A stretch of DNA of 48,862 bases from an uncultured Saprospiraceae bacterium (GCA_934699305.1 CAKUWM010000001.1:1-48862), one strand, 5' to 3'; positions 18,056-29,022 are shown, counted from the stretch's first letter. The notes: a model not told the origin generated them from the sequence alone. Made by a program: numbers and translations.

Positions 18056-21019
18056 CTATGGCTTAACCGGCTTAAAGTCGCTCTCATCATAGCCATATAA
18101 GTCTTTCAATGTAAGGATTTTGACTTTTCCATATTTTTTCAGATCATCTATCTTAATTCTATCAGGGCTACCCATGATACCTATATTCCATTTTTGATTC
18201 TTAAAGTGATCGGTGTGGAATTTCTGAACATCACTAAGGGTTGTATTCTGAATGCTATTATAAATATCTTTTCTTATATCGTAATTAAGGCCTTTATTAA
18301 GGGCATTTTCATAGGCAAATAAAATACTGCTTTTGTTTATTCTTTGAGTTTGGATTTCTGTAAGTATAGCATTCTTGCTAAGATCCCAAGATTTCTCCAA
18401 CACAGGCATATTGTCCAACAAGTTACGTATCGCCCCCATCGCATCATTAAACTTATCAGCTTGTGTGCCGACGTAGAAGGTTGCTACGAATGGCTTTTCC
18501 TTTTTCGAAGGTATGCTGATATTGCTATACGCGGAATAAGCCAAAGCCCTCGACTCTCTTATATCTTGAAACACAACAGAAGCCATACCTCCGCCATAAT
18601 ACTCATTAAACGCACGCGCGACAGTCTCTAAGGCAGGATTATATACCTCTTCAGTGCTTTTGAAATTAATATTGGCCTGCACCATATCATAATTGACAAA
18701 GTAAACAGTGTTTTCTGTAGCCTTGAGAGGATTAAAGGGCTTGCCCATCGGTGTTTTGGCAAGAACCTTTGGTAATTTGTGTGCCTTACGGAGAGAAGCA
18801 TTCAGTTGATCTAAAGGTCGTGCTCCGCAGTACATAATCTTATGCTCTACTGAAATGGAGGATTTTATGAGAGCAACCAATTCTTCTGCGGTTATTTTCT
18901 TAAGTTGATCATTGGAAAGAATGGTATTAAATGGATTTGTAGCGCCATACTTCAAATAGTTTTGAAGGCCTCCGGACATCATCACATCCTTGTTGATAAG
19001 GTCATCTTGTCGAGACTTCAACAAATTATCAACCATTTTAGTCAATGCGGCTTTATCGGGTTTAGGATTATTGATCAGGTCTTCCAATATAGCCACACCC
19101 TTATCGAAATTTTCTTCAAGACCATTGAGATAAATGTACATTTCTTCTTCGCCAACCTGAACTCCCCAGTCTAAGCCAAGATTATACAATTGTTTGTTTA
19201 TTTCTGAATTAGACTTGGTCATGGTACCGATATATCTGAGATAATCCATAGCTAATCCAAGCTTTGGATTGCTTGTTGAGCCAAAATCAAATTGGTAATA
19301 TAAATTGAACAATTGATTAATCTTATTAGGTACATACCATATAGGAACTCCTTTCACGAGGGTAGATTTTTCAATATCTTTGTCAAAATCGAGAAATTTT
19401 GGCTGGATGGGTGTCGCAGTCATTGCCATCATATTCTTTAAGAAGTCAGACTGTGCATCCCTATTGAGTTCTACCGGATGAATTTCGGGCTTAACAACTT
19501 TTGCAACATCATTGCTTCCTGTCTTTTTATAAATAACGGTATAGTTATTCTGAAAATAGGTGGCAGCAAAGCGCATAATATCTTCTTTAGTCACTTTGGA
19601 CATGGTATTCATATCGTTGAGATAATCAACCCATGGGCGTCCTATTACAAAGGATTCGTGAAGGAGGAAGGCAGTGTTGGATGCTTTTTCTGTTTGTTGG
19701 ATCAATGCCAATTTCATATTATTGACCGTTCCGCTTATCAGAGAAGTATCAAAGTCACCTCTTTTTAATTTACCTATCTGTTCTAGGAAAAGGTCTTTAA
19801 CCTGTTCGAGCGTTTGTCCATCTTTAGGTCTGCCTTGCAACCAGCATACGCCATGGTCTTTAAGCAAATAGGTAAATGCATATCCCTCCAACACTTTTTG
19901 GTTGTTAACTAAATTCAGGTCAATCAATCCGCTTTTACCATTATATAAGATGGCTGATATCAGATTGGCAATGACGGCATTGGAATCAAGTGCGCTTGGC
20001 ATTCTATAGCCTATAGCAACTTTTTCTTCATCCGGCGTGTATAAGGTGATGTTTGTTACTGAATCAATCGGACTTTCAGCTTGGTAGGCAAAGACAGGAG
20101 CCTTTTTGGCCGGCATATCACCAAAATACCGATCCACGAGGGCGATGGTCTCATCCGGATCCAGGTCACCGGCAAGAATAATCGCCATATTACCGGCAAC
20201 ATAGTTCTGTTCATAATACTTCCTGATCTCTTTCAAAGACGGATTTTTGAGGTGTTCGATTGTCCCTATGGTAGTTTGAGTGCCATAAGGGTGATTTTTA
20301 AATAAAGAGCTGAACATCGCTTCGAAAATCTTATTATTCCCATTATCTAATGAGATATTTTTTTCCTCATAAACTGCCTCTAACTCTGTATGGAATAGTC
20401 GTAAGACGGGATTTCTAAACCTTTCTTTCTGTATTTTCAAGAACTTTTCTAGGTTGTTAGAAGGGAAGTTTTCCATATAAGTGGTATTTTCAAAGCTTGT
20501 GAAAGCATTGGTCATGCGTGATCCCACGTCTGCCATCATTTTATCATATTCGTTGGCAATGGCATATCGGGATGCTACATTACTTATACTGTCAATACGA
20601 TGGTATATTGCTTTCCGGCTAATTTCGTCGGTTGTCTGACCATACAATTCATATAAAGCATCGATTTTATCCAGTTCTACTTTTTCTTTAGCATAATCTA
20701 TGGTGCCAAACTTATCTGTTCCTTTGAAGAGCATGTGTTCTAAATAGTGAGCCAAACCGGTATGGTCTGCCGGATCATTTTTTGAGCCTGCTTTTACCGC
20801 AATAAGTGCCATAATCTGTGGTTCGAGATGGTTTTCGGCCAGGATAACTGTAAGCCCATTATTTAACTTATACACCCTTGCTTTAGCAGGGTCACCATAA
20901 ACTTCGGTGAATTTATACTTATGGTCGGGTGAGGTTCTCATAAAGGCCATGTAACCATTTTTTTGAGCCATTAATCCGGTCGAAATAAGTATACATAGGA
21001 GTAAAAGTTTTAGACGCAT
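18056..21019 (-). CDS. M16-family (pitrilysin/insulinase-like) zinc peptidase, double-length form
   Basis: The signal peptide is MRLKLLLLCILISTGLMAQ. The inverted zinc motif HxxEH is in HTGLAHYLEHMLFKGT. At 987 aa it is consistent with two tandem M16 units. Confidence 0.9.
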   Translation of the reverse strand: MRLKLLLLCILISTGLMAQKNGYMAFMRTSPDHKYKFTEVYGDPAKARVYKLNNGLTVILAENHLEPQIMALIAVKAGSKNDPADHTGLAHYLEHMLFKGTDKFGTIDYAKEKVELDKIDALYELYGQTTDEISRKAIYHRIDSISNVASRYAIANEYDKMMADVGSRMTNAFTSFENTTYMENFPSNNLEKFLKIQKERFRNPVLRLFHTELEAVYEEKNISLDNGNNKIFEAMFSSLFKNHPYGTQTTIGTIEHLKNPSLKEIRKYYEQNYVAGNMAIILAGDLDPDETIALVDRYFGDMPAKKAPVFAYQAESPIDSVTNITLYTPDEEKVAIGYRMPSALDSNAVIANLISAILYNGKSGLIDLNLVNNQKVLEGYAFTYLLKDHGVCWLQGRPKDGQTLEQVKDLFLEQIGKLKRGDFDTSLISGTVNNMKLALIQQTEKASNTAFLLHESFVIGRPWVDYLNDMNTMSKVTKEDIMRFAATYFQNNYTVIYKKTGSNDVAKVVKPEIHPVELNRDAQSDFLKNMMAMTATPIQPKFLDFDKDIEKSTLVKGVPIWYVPNKINQLFNLYYQFDFGSTSNPKLGLAMDYLRYIGTMTKSNSEINKQLYNLGLDWGVQVGEEEMYIYLNGLEENFDKGVAILEDLINNPKPDKAALTKMVDNLLKSRQDDLINKDVMMSGGLQNYLKYGATNPFNTILSNDQLKKITAEELVALIKSSISVEHKIMYCGARPLDQLNASLRKAHKLPKVLAKTPMGKPFNPLKATENTVYFVNYDMVQANINFKSTEEVYNPALETVARAFNEYYGGGMASVVFQDIRESRALAYSAYSNISIPSKKEKPFVATFYVGTQADKFNDAMGAIRNLLDNMPVLEKSWDLSKNAILTEIQTQRINKSSILFAYENALNKGLNYDIRKDIYNSIQNTTLSDVQKFHTDHFKNQKWNIGIMGSPDRIKIDDLKKYGKVKILTLKDLYGYDESDFKPVKP

Positions 21020-21413
21020 TCTGATTAAATTTTATATTATAAATAACGACTTTCTAAAAGGATAAGTATAGCACAACCTTCAATACTTACATATATATAG
21101 AAATTTTTATCAAATGTAAGTTAAGTTTTGATTTTGGAGGAAAAGAAAGAATCGAAGATTGTCTTTTTCTGCAAAAAGCCCTTGTAATTCAAACATTAAA
21201 ATGCCATTTGTCTTTACTGCTTTCAAAAATATACCTAAAATTTGAAAACAATTATTCCTTCACAATAGCGAATATATCAATGTATCTTCAGCTAAATATC
21301 CTTCACTATTCAAATATTTTTTACAGATAAAATATGAAAATGTCTGTTTGATATCAATTTTTTTATCTTAGCAGTGAAAAAATAGCATAACAATAATTTT
21401 CAGTTAATAAGAA

Positions 21414-22880
21414 ATGAGTAATACAAGCCAAGTAAGCAACAGTTCCGGAACCATCTGGTCTCAATTTTTAACCCTTATCATCGTCTTTTTTTTCTGGGGC
21501 TTTGTTGCAGCAAGTAATGACATCCTGATTCCGGTATTTAAAGAGAATCTTCACCTGACACAGACGCAAAGTCAATTAGTAGCATTTGCATTTTATATAG
21601 CATATACGGTGGGGTCGCTGATTTACTATTCAATTAGCAAGTCACGGGGTGAAGATATCCTCAATAAGATGGGATACAAAAATGGAATTGCACTTGGATT
21701 GATTATTTCCGCCTTGGGTACTTTGATATTTATTCCGGCTGCCAACACACATTCATTTCCATTATTTATTGTTGGTCTTTTCATTGTTGGATTAGGGTTT
21801 TCTCTTCAACAGACTGCTGCCAATCCACTTGCCATCATCATGGGCGATCCAAAGTCGGGTTCACAGAGATTGAGTATGGCCGGAGGTGTCAACAACTTCG
21901 GGACGACAATAGGTCCTCTTTTGGTCAACTTTGCTATCTTTGGATCGGTAACAGCGGTCGCATCTAAAGCGGATATCACCAGTATCAAGATCCCTTATTT
22001 AATCTTGGGGGCAGCATTTATTTTGGTTGCCATACTCATAAAGTTTTCATCTGTCCCCAACAAAATCGACATGGATGCAATGGCCGAAGAAGAAGCCGGA
22101 GGTCAAAAATCGATGGTAGAGCATCATAGTGGACCGATGAAGTATCCACAGTTGGCACTGGGTATGATTGCTATATTTGTATATGTAGGAGTTGAGGTAT
22201 CTACCGCATCCAATCTTCCGGAATTTATTAAGCAACATATTCCGGGGCCTGATGGTGGTGTCTTTCCGACCGACAGGATCGCACCATATATTTCATTGTT
22301 CTGGGCGAGTTTAATGATGGGCCGATGGACGGCAGCCAGTGAGGCATTTGATATTTCTATGGGTGCCAAGAAGATGTTGCGATTTATAATGCCTTATATT
22401 GCCTTTTTAGTATTTTTATTGGTCAACAAAATTGCACATCATGATATTACGCCATTTTACTTTTATTTTATTGTTGTGGCTGTAATGATTGGCGGAAATA
22501 TATTGAGTAAAGGAAGTCCGGCAAAACAGTTGATGATATATAGTGTATTAGGAGTTGTTGCCATTGCAATCGGGATGTTATTTGATGGTTGGATAAGCGT
22601 ATTTTCATTTATATCTGTCGGGTTATTCTGTTCTACTTTATGGCCTTGTATATTTACATTAGCCATAGCAGGTTTAGGCAAACATACCAATGAGGGGTCG
22701 AGTCTATTGATTATGATGATTATGGGAGGTGCCTTTGTAAGCTTATTCCAAGGCTTTTTGGCTGATCACGTCACGGGCATTCAATATTCTTATATTGCAG
22801 GAATTCTATGCTTTAGCTATTTGATATATTATGCGATTCAGTCAAAGAAAATTCTAAAAAAGCAGGGAATCAATTTTTAG
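21414..22880 (+). CDS. Sugar MFS transporter, FucP/GluP (fucose or glucose/galactose:H+ symporter) family
   Basis: It has about 12 hydrophobic segments. An N-terminal region FFFWGFVAASNDILIPVFKENLHLTQTQSQLV is typical of the FucP/GluP family. A ROK kinase gene lies directly downstream. Confidence 0.8.
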   Translation: MSNTSQVSNSSGTIWSQFLTLIIVFFFWGFVAASNDILIPVFKENLHLTQTQSQLVAFAFYIAYTVGSLIYYSISKSRGEDILNKMGYKNGIALGLIISALGTLIFIPAANTHSFPLFIVGLFIVGLGFSLQQTAANPLAIIMGDPKSGSQRLSMAGGVNNFGTTIGPLLVNFAIFGSVTAVASKADITSIKIPYLILGAAFILVAILIKFSSVPNKIDMDAMAEEEAGGQKSMVEHHSGPMKYPQLALGMIAIFVYVGVEVSTASNLPEFIKQHIPGPDGGVFPTDRIAPYISLFWASLMMGRWTAASEAFDISMGAKKMLRFIMPYIAFLVFLLVNKIAHHDITPFYFYFIVVAVMIGGNILSKGSPAKQLMIYSVLGVVAIAIGMLFDGWISVFSFISVGLFCSTLWPCIFTLAIAGLGKHTNEGSSLLIMMIMGGAFVSLFQGFLADHVTGIQYSYIAGILCFSYLIYYAIQSKKILKKQGINF

Positions 22881-22908
22881 ACACAAAGAATTAGAAAAAG
22901 TGAGTGTT

Positions 22909-23880
22909 ATGCATGAAGAAGATCTGGCTATCGGCATAGATTTGGGGGGAACCAATACTGATTTTGGTATCGTCGATCGTTCAGGAAAGGTGTTGTTGCG
23001 GGGTGGAATAAAAACAAAAAACCATAAAGAAATTTCTTCTTACTTAGAGGAGTTGTTTCTTGCCATGTTGCCCATTATAGAACATGCAGGAGGTGTTTCA
23101 CGGATAAAGGGTATAGGTGTGGGTGCTCCCAATGGCAACTTTTACAAAGGAACAATTGAGCATGCTCCCAACCTTGCCTGGAAAGGCGTCATCCCTATGG
23201 CTGAGTTGATGCAGGAAAAATTCGGATTAGACGTTGTTCTTACCAATGATGCCAATGCAGCGGCTATTGGTGAGATGGTATATGGTGCAGCAAGAGATAT
23301 GAAGGACTTCATCTTAATCACATTGGGTACGGGTGTAGGAAGTGGGATTGTAGCCAATGGTAAGTTGATATACGGTCATGACGGCTTTGCCGGTGAATTG
23401 GGTCACACTATGATTATTCCTGACGGACGTTATCATCCCGGAACCGGTCTATACGGCAGCCTGGAGATGTATGCTAGTGCAACAGGTCTGACAAAAACCA
23501 CCATTGAGATGTTACAAAAGGAGAATACCGGTTCATCCCTTTTACACAATTATTCCGAAGAAGAAATAACCAGTAAACTAGTCTATGATTGTGCCATGAA
23601 GGGCGATCCTCTTTCAAAAGAAGTGTATGCCTATACCGGTAAAATATTGGGCATGGCTTTGGCCAACTTTGCAATGGCAACTTCACCTGAAGCTATTATC
23701 CTCTTTGGGGGATTGTGCAAAGCAGGTAGTATGATATTTGATCCCGTAAAAACATCTTTTGAAAATCATCTGCTACCTCTCTTCAGAAATAAAATAAAAA
23801 TAATTCCAAGTGAACTAGCCGATGACGATGCCGCCATATTGGGAGCCAGCTCACTGGTATGGGATAAACATAAGACTTGA
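22909..23880 (+). CDS. ROK-family sugar kinase (glucokinase-like)
   Basis: Motifs are IGIDLGGTNTDFGIVD (ATP-binding), LTNDANAAAIGE and GFAGELGH. The track start at 22900 is a GTG, and an ATG lies at 22909. Confidence 0.85.
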   Translation: MHEEDLAIGIDLGGTNTDFGIVDRSGKVLLRGGIKTKNHKEISSYLEELFLAMLPIIEHAGGVSRIKGIGVGAPNGNFYKGTIEHAPNLAWKGVIPMAELMQEKFGLDVVLTNDANAAAIGEMVYGAARDMKDFILITLGTGVGSGIVANGKLIYGHDGFAGELGHTMIIPDGRYHPGTGLYGSLEMYASATGLTKTTIEMLQKENTGSSLLHNYSEEEITSKLVYDCAMKGDPLSKEVYAYTGKILGMALANFAMATSPEAIILFGGLCKAGSMIFDPVKTSFENHLLPLFRNKIKIIPSELADDDAAILGASSLVWDKHKT

Positions 23881-24220
23881 AGATTTTCAATATAAACCTT
23901 GAAACACAAAGTTCATTTTTGTTTACTCATTTTAGTCAAATAATTAATCCACATTCCGAATTAGCCAAATGCAGCATCGATGCACGACTCGTAATCAGTG
24001 GTTTAATGAAAAAATTGAAGCGATTCGTACATTGAATGTCCCTCATAATCAACAATATTCGGTTTTTGGAAACCTCGATTGTTGAATTCGCATTAATCAC
24101 ATATCTATCTAATCTGATTCAATAGCTGTCTATTTGGTATAAATTTATTACTTTCGCAATTTATAAGTTGTTGGGAAGGTAAAATCCCGTAAAGTCATTA
24201 ATTTAACAAACAAAATATAT

Positions 24221-25345
24221 ATGAATCTGAGAATTTCGTCCGGAGAGTTATATAAAATGCTTCAGATAAGTCAAAATGCTATTAGTGCTAAGCCGCCTTA
24301 TCCCATTTTAGCTGACTTTTTATTTCATGTAGAAGGTAGCAAATTGAGTATTACTGCCAGTGATCTTGAGTTTACAATAATTTCAGAGACAAATATTACT
24401 CCGGGAGACGAAGGGAGTTTTGCCTTTCCTTCAGATATTTTAGTCAATACCTTGCGAGAGATGCCGGAGCAACCCATCGAATTGATTCATGAGGAAGAGA
24501 CCAGCGGATTAACAATGATATCTTCCTATGGCACCTATAGGTCAAGCAGTAACGACGTAGAAGATTACCCTAAAATTCCGGAATTGGAATATGAAACGAA
24601 GGTAACTTTACCGGGAGGTCGATTTTTAAAGGCTTTAACTACTTGCTCCTTCGCGGCAGCCACGGATGAAATGAAGTCCAATATGCTGGGGATATCAGTT
24701 TCCTTCCAGCCTGATGTCATCGAAGTAGCCGCTACAGATGCTCATAAAATGGTCAAATACACATTGTTTTATAACAATGAAGGTATTGAAGCTAATTTCG
24801 TCTTGCCTAGGAAAGTGATTACAATATTAAAGCACGCTATCACAGATGAAGATAGCCTTACGGTAAGCTTCAACAAGAATCATGCTCTATTTGAATACAA
24901 AAACTTTAAAATCTATTGCAAATTAATAATCCTGCCATTCCCTAATTATAATGGAGTTATACCTCTAAATAATGACAAGGAAATATTAGTCAATCGACTG
25001 GAATGGTTACGCTCACTAAAGCGAATTACTCTTTATGGAAACAAAACAACTTATCAAACCAGCTTTTTCATCGATAATAACGAAATAAAAATAGAGACCT
25101 TAGATCCGGATTTTTCCAACGAAGCCAGCGAAATAATCAAGTGTCAATACACCGGGGAGCCTCTGGAGCTTTCATATAATGCTAAGTTCTTGATAGACTC
25201 TCTTTCCAACATTGATTCTGAAGAAGTCAGACTTGCCGTATCACATCCGGGCCGTGCAGCCATCCTTACCCCAAAGGAAAATGAAGTGGGTGAAAATATT
25301 TTGATGCTCGTCATGCCCGTCAGGACGCGCAAAGCATCCGTGTAA
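24221..25345 (+). CDS. dnaN: DNA polymerase III beta subunit (sliding clamp)
   Basis: The ORF is 374 aa. The N-terminus is MNLRISSGELYKMLQISQNAISAKPPYPILADFLF and the C-terminus is ILMLVMPVR, both clamp-typical. Confidence 0.9.
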   Translation: MNLRISSGELYKMLQISQNAISAKPPYPILADFLFHVEGSKLSITASDLEFTIISETNITPGDEGSFAFPSDILVNTLREMPEQPIELIHEEETSGLTMISSYGTYRSSSNDVEDYPKIPELEYETKVTLPGGRFLKALTTCSFAAATDEMKSNMLGISVSFQPDVIEVAATDAHKMVKYTLFYNNEGIEANFVLPRKVITILKHAITDEDSLTVSFNKNHALFEYKNFKIYCKLIILPFPNYNGVIPLNNDKEILVNRLEWLRSLKRITLYGNKTTYQTSFFIDNNEIKIETLDPDFSNEASEIIKCQYTGEPLELSYNAKFLIDSLSNIDSEEVRLAVSHPGRAAILTPKENEVGENILMLVMPVRTRKASV

Positions 25346-25350
25346 TATCG

Positions 25351-25936
25351 ATGAATCAACGCATCGGCTTGTTTTTTGGCTCATTTAATCCGATTCATAT
25401 CGGGCACATGATTATTGCCAATCACATGGCAAATGAAACGGCATTGGATCAAGTGTGGCTGGTCGTTTCTCCACATAACCCATTTAAAAATCGCAATAAT
25501 CTGGCAGATGATAGGCTAAGGTATCATCTGGCATATTTGGCTATAGGAGACAATCCAAAGATCGATGTGAGCGACATAGAATTTGCCCTCCCCAAACCTT
25601 CCTATACTATTGATACATTGGCTTACCTTCATGAAAAATATCCCCAAAAAGAGTTTTCATTAATCATGGGTGGTGATAATCTTTTGACATTAAATAAATG
25701 GAAAAATAGCGATGTCCTTTTAAGCCGTTACAAAATATGTATATCAACGCCCCGGCTATGCCACAGATGACACCTTTCTCCACCCCAATATTGAGATCGT
25801 AAATGCGCCAATGCTTGATATTTCTGCGACTTACATCAGAGAATTGCTCAAATCCGGGAAGTCTGTTCGTTACCTTTTACCTGAGCCTGTCCGTTTAGAG
25901 CTTGAAAAGACCAATCCTTATAAATATCTAAGATAA
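25351..25936 (+). pseudogene. nadD: Nicotinate-nucleotide adenylyltransferase interrupted by an apparent 1-nt frameshift (either a real lesion or an assembly indel)
   Basis: Frame 1 (25351-25770) gives GLFFGSFNPIHIGHM...TIDTL...IMGGDNL and then the out-of-family tail KICISTPRLCHR*. The +1 frame is open from 25724 to the TAA at 25934-25936. It reads KYVYQRPGYATDD...APMLDISATYIRELLKSGKSVRYLLPEPV..., which is a canonical NadD C-terminus. The frames meet at the A4 run 25732-25735. Confidence 0.75.
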
Positions 25937-26035
25937 TTCGATATCAGGATGATTGAGTCCTTTCAATTACCGGAATCTTCTCCACTTTTCCTCATTTTCA
26001 TGATAACTCCATGCATCTATTGCAAAACGAACTTT

Positions 26036-26524
26036 TTAGTTCACTATTTTTAGAAGTGTTATTTCAAATATCAAAGGCGAATTTGGTGGAATACTCCCTG
26101 ATCCGGTAGTGCCATAAGCCAGGCCGGAAGGAATAAATAATCGACCTTTTTCCCCTTCATTAAAGTGAACCAGTCCCACTTGCCAGCCCGGGATTAGCTT
26201 AGATAGAATGAAAGTAGCGTCATTGTTAGAATCAAAGACCTTTCCATTCAAAAGGTATCCTTGGTAATTTATCCGGATGCTGGACGAGAGAGTCGGTTTG
26301 GTGGTGATGCTATCAACTTTGTCGTCAATGATATAATAAAGGCCTTCCGGAGTGGAGTCTGCAACGATATTATTCGCACTAAGGTAATTTCTTAGTTTAA
26401 TCTTGTCTATTTCTAATTGTTGTGAAGCGGTGATCACTGTTTTTTCATTATCACAAGAAAAAAGAGACAATGTCAAAATAGTTATGAATGGTAAAAAGTA
26501 ACGTATAGTTGTTTTGAAAAACAT
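26036..26524 (-). CDS. FKBP-type peptidyl-prolyl cis-trans isomerase, lipoprotein-like
   Basis: The signal/lipobox-like N-terminus is LTLSLFSCDN. The FKBP core reads YQGYLLNGKVFDS...LIPGWQVGLVHFNEGEKGRLFIPSGLAYG...IPPNSPLIFEITLLKI. Confidence 0.85.
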   Translation of the reverse strand: MFFKTTIRYFLPFITILTLSLFSCDNEKTVITASQQLEIDKIKLRNYLSANNIVADSTPEGLYYIIDDKVDSITTKPTLSSSIRINYQGYLLNGKVFDSNNDATFILSKLIPGWQVGLVHFNEGEKGRLFIPSGLAYGTTGSGSIPPNSPLIFEITLLKIVN

Positions 26525-26579
26525 AGATATGAATATTTGATCTTAATGATTGTAAAGACGTAAGAAGAGGTACAATGGT

Positions 26580-28013
26580 TTATTCAACAGATTGTTTTTT
26601 TGTCAATCCTCGCTTTTCGCCAAGATGAATTAAAAAATTATATGCCGCGCTGAAATCATTTTCCAGATCACCTTCCAAAATTGCTTCTCTTATCTCATTT
26701 TTAAGCTCTCCGATCATAGGTCCGGACTTTAAGTCGAAGGTTTCCATGATCAGTTCACCGGAGACAGGCGGCTGCCAATTACGAATTTTATCTTTATCCT
26801 CAATTTCCTTGAGTTTAGCGCGTACCATTTCATAATTTTCAAGCAAACGCTTCACTTTTTTCTCGTTTTTGGACGTGATATCAGCTTCGCATAATATCAT
26901 CAAGTCGTCGATGTCATCGCCCGCATCAAACAACAACCGACGAATAGCGCTGTCTGTAATGTCCTCCTTGGTCAGGCTTATGGGTCTGAGATGGTATCTC
27001 ACCAATTTTTGTACGTATTTCATGTGATGATCTAATGGCAGTTTCAATCGCTTGAAAATACGATGAACCATGACAGCTCCCAGCGCTTCATGCCCATGAA
27101 ATGTCCACCCTTGCTTATCATCATAACGCTTGGTCGCCGGTTTTGCTATATCATGCATGAGAGCAGCCCACCGCAACCATATTTTCTCTGTATTGCGGCA
27201 TACATTGTCCAGCACCTGGAGAGTATGATAAAAATTGTCCTTATGCCCTTTTCCATCTTGATATTCGACCCCATGTAACTCCACCAATTCCGGAAGGAAA
27301 TTATTCAACAATCCGGTATCAAACAAGAGTTCAATGCCTTTAGAAGGCTGACTACACGCCATGATTTTCTGAAATTCAGTCATGATGCGTTCTATGCTCA
27401 CTATTTTAAGTCTATCTTTATTGGATGCAATGGCGGCGACTGTTTCAGGATGTATTTCAAAGTTTAATTGATTAGAAAAGCGAATAGCTCTGAGCATCCT
27501 GAGGGGGTCATCCGAGAAAGTCTTATCCGGATCGAGCGGTGTTTTGATTAACTTATCTTCCAGATGTTCCATCCCACCAAATGGATCTAACAATTCACCG
27601 TAAGTATCTTCATTGAGACTGATCGCGAGGGCATTGATAGTAAAATCACGTCTCAATTGATCGTCATATAGTGTACCCGCTATGACGGATGGCTTCCTGC
27701 TATCTTTGCTGTAAGATTCTTTCCTGGCTCCGACAAATTCGAGTTGAACCTCTTTATATTTTATTGCTGCTGTTCCAAAGTTTTTATACACAACGACCGG
27801 AATATCATTACCCAAAAGCTTATTAACATATTCCGCTAATGCAATACCATCTCCCACGCATACAATATCAATATCAGTCGATGGTCGTCCAAGAACCTTA
27901 TCCCTGACGTAACCACCTACCAAATAGGTCTGAATATCGATATCTCTGGCAGCTTTTGCCAGAATTTTATAAATAAATTCTTCTGTCTGAGTACTGTTCA
28001 ATAGTAAAAACAT
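26580..28013 (-). CDS. cca: CCA-adding tRNA nucleotidyltransferase / poly(A) polymerase family protein with an HD domain
   Basis: Motifs are LVGGYVRDKVLGRPSTDIDIV (nucleotidyltransferase), RRDFTINALA, and the HD region HDIAKP...HGHEALG. Confidence 0.85.
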   Translation of the reverse strand: MFLLLNSTQTEEFIYKILAKAARDIDIQTYLVGGYVRDKVLGRPSTDIDIVCVGDGIALAEYVNKLLGNDIPVVVYKNFGTAAIKYKEVQLEFVGARKESYSKDSRKPSVIAGTLYDDQLRRDFTINALAISLNEDTYGELLDPFGGMEHLEDKLIKTPLDPDKTFSDDPLRMLRAIRFSNQLNFEIHPETVAAIASNKDRLKIVSIERIMTEFQKIMACSQPSKGIELLFDTGLLNNFLPELVELHGVEYQDGKGHKDNFYHTLQVLDNVCRNTEKIWLRWAALMHDIAKPATKRYDDKQGWTFHGHEALGAVMVHRIFKRLKLPLDHHMKYVQKLVRYHLRPISLTKEDITDSAIRRLLFDAGDDIDDLMILCEADITSKNEKKVKRLLENYEMVRAKLKEIEDKDKIRNWQPPVSGELIMETFDLKSGPMIGELKNEIREAILEGDLENDFSAAYNFLIHLGEKRGLTKKQSVE

Positions 28014-28024
28014 CCATCTATCAT

Positions 28025-29020
28025 TTAAACATAAAGTTCTTGTCCGGTATAAAATTCACGCATACTTTCTGTAATATCGACTACTTCGTCAAACGATTCT
28101 GCTTGGACGAGACGAGATCTGAATTGTTTCACTTCGCGATATCCCCGGAAATAATTGGTATAATGTCGTCGCATCTCACATATACCCAACCTCAGGCCTT
28201 TCCATTGAATAGAGCGCTGCAAATGTGTCAACACGGCATCAATTCTGTCTTCTAAGGTAGGTGGTGGAAGCAATGTCCCATCCAAAAGAAACTGTTTTAC
28301 TTCTCTGAATATCCATGGATTGCCAATGCTGGCTCTTCCTATCATAATGCCATCCACGCCATATCGCTCTTTATAAAGCTTTGCCTTCTGTGGCGAATCG
28401 ATGTCACCATTCCCAAAAATAGGGATGTGTATCCTGGGGTTTTCTTTCACTTTGGCAATCAATGTCCAGTCTGCCTCACCGGTGTACATTTGTTTTCTGG
28501 TACGCCCATGAATAGAAAGCGCTTTGATACCGATATCCTGGAGTCTTTCGGCTACTGTAGTGATGTTTTTTGAATCTTCATCCCAGCCAAGGCGTGTCTT
28601 AACCGTCACCGGCAATGAAGTTGCTTCAACTACTGCCTTTGTAAGAGATACCATCCTGTCAATATCCTGAAGAATGCCAGCTCCCGCCATCTTGCATACC
28701 ACCTTTTTAACCGGACAGCCATAGTTGATGTCGAGGACTTCGGGTTTTGTTCGTTCGATAATTTCTGCAGCCTGAACCATAGAATCCCGGTCAGATCCAA
28801 AAATCTGTATGCCTACCGGACGCTCTTCATCCGAAATATCTAACTTTTGAATACTTTTGTCTGCATTGCGAATGAGGCCTTCGACTGAAATAAATTCGGT
28901 ATATAGCATGTCACAGCCCTGGCTTTTACACAACGCCCTGAAGGGAGGATCACTCACATCTTCCATAGGAGCAAGGAGGAGTGGGAATTCACCTAATTCA
29001 ACATCACCAATTTTTACCAT
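28025..29020 (-). CDS. dusB: tRNA-dihydrouridine synthase
   Basis: Motifs are LLLAPMEDVSDPPFR, INYGCPVKKV (catalytic Cys context), HGRTRKQMYTG and GNGDI. The gene lies 11 nt upstream of cca on the same strand. Confidence 0.9.
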   Translation of the reverse strand: MVKIGDVELGEFPLLLAPMEDVSDPPFRALCKSQGCDMLYTEFISVEGLIRNADKSIQKLDISDEERPVGIQIFGSDRDSMVQAAEIIERTKPEVLDINYGCPVKKVVCKMAGAGILQDIDRMVSLTKAVVEATSLPVTVKTRLGWDEDSKNITTVAERLQDIGIKALSIHGRTRKQMYTGEADWTLIAKVKENPRIHIPIFGNGDIDSPQKAKLYKERYGVDGIMIGRASIGNPWIFREVKQFLLDGTLLPPPTLEDRIDAVLTHLQRSIQWKGLRLGICEMRRHYTNYFRGYREVKQFRSRLVQAESFDEVVDITESMREFYTGQELYV

Positions 29021-29022
29021 CT

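Noticed and set aside
23943-24085. A DnaA-box-like TAATCCACA (23944-23952) and an interrupted hairpin (24049-24085: TCAACAAT..GGTTT-ttgg-AAACC..ATTGTTGA) upstream of dnaN, as a possible oriC.
   Set aside because: There is only one box, with one mismatch. There is no cluster of boxes, no AT-rich 13-mer array and no dnaA gene nearby. This is insufficient to call an origin.
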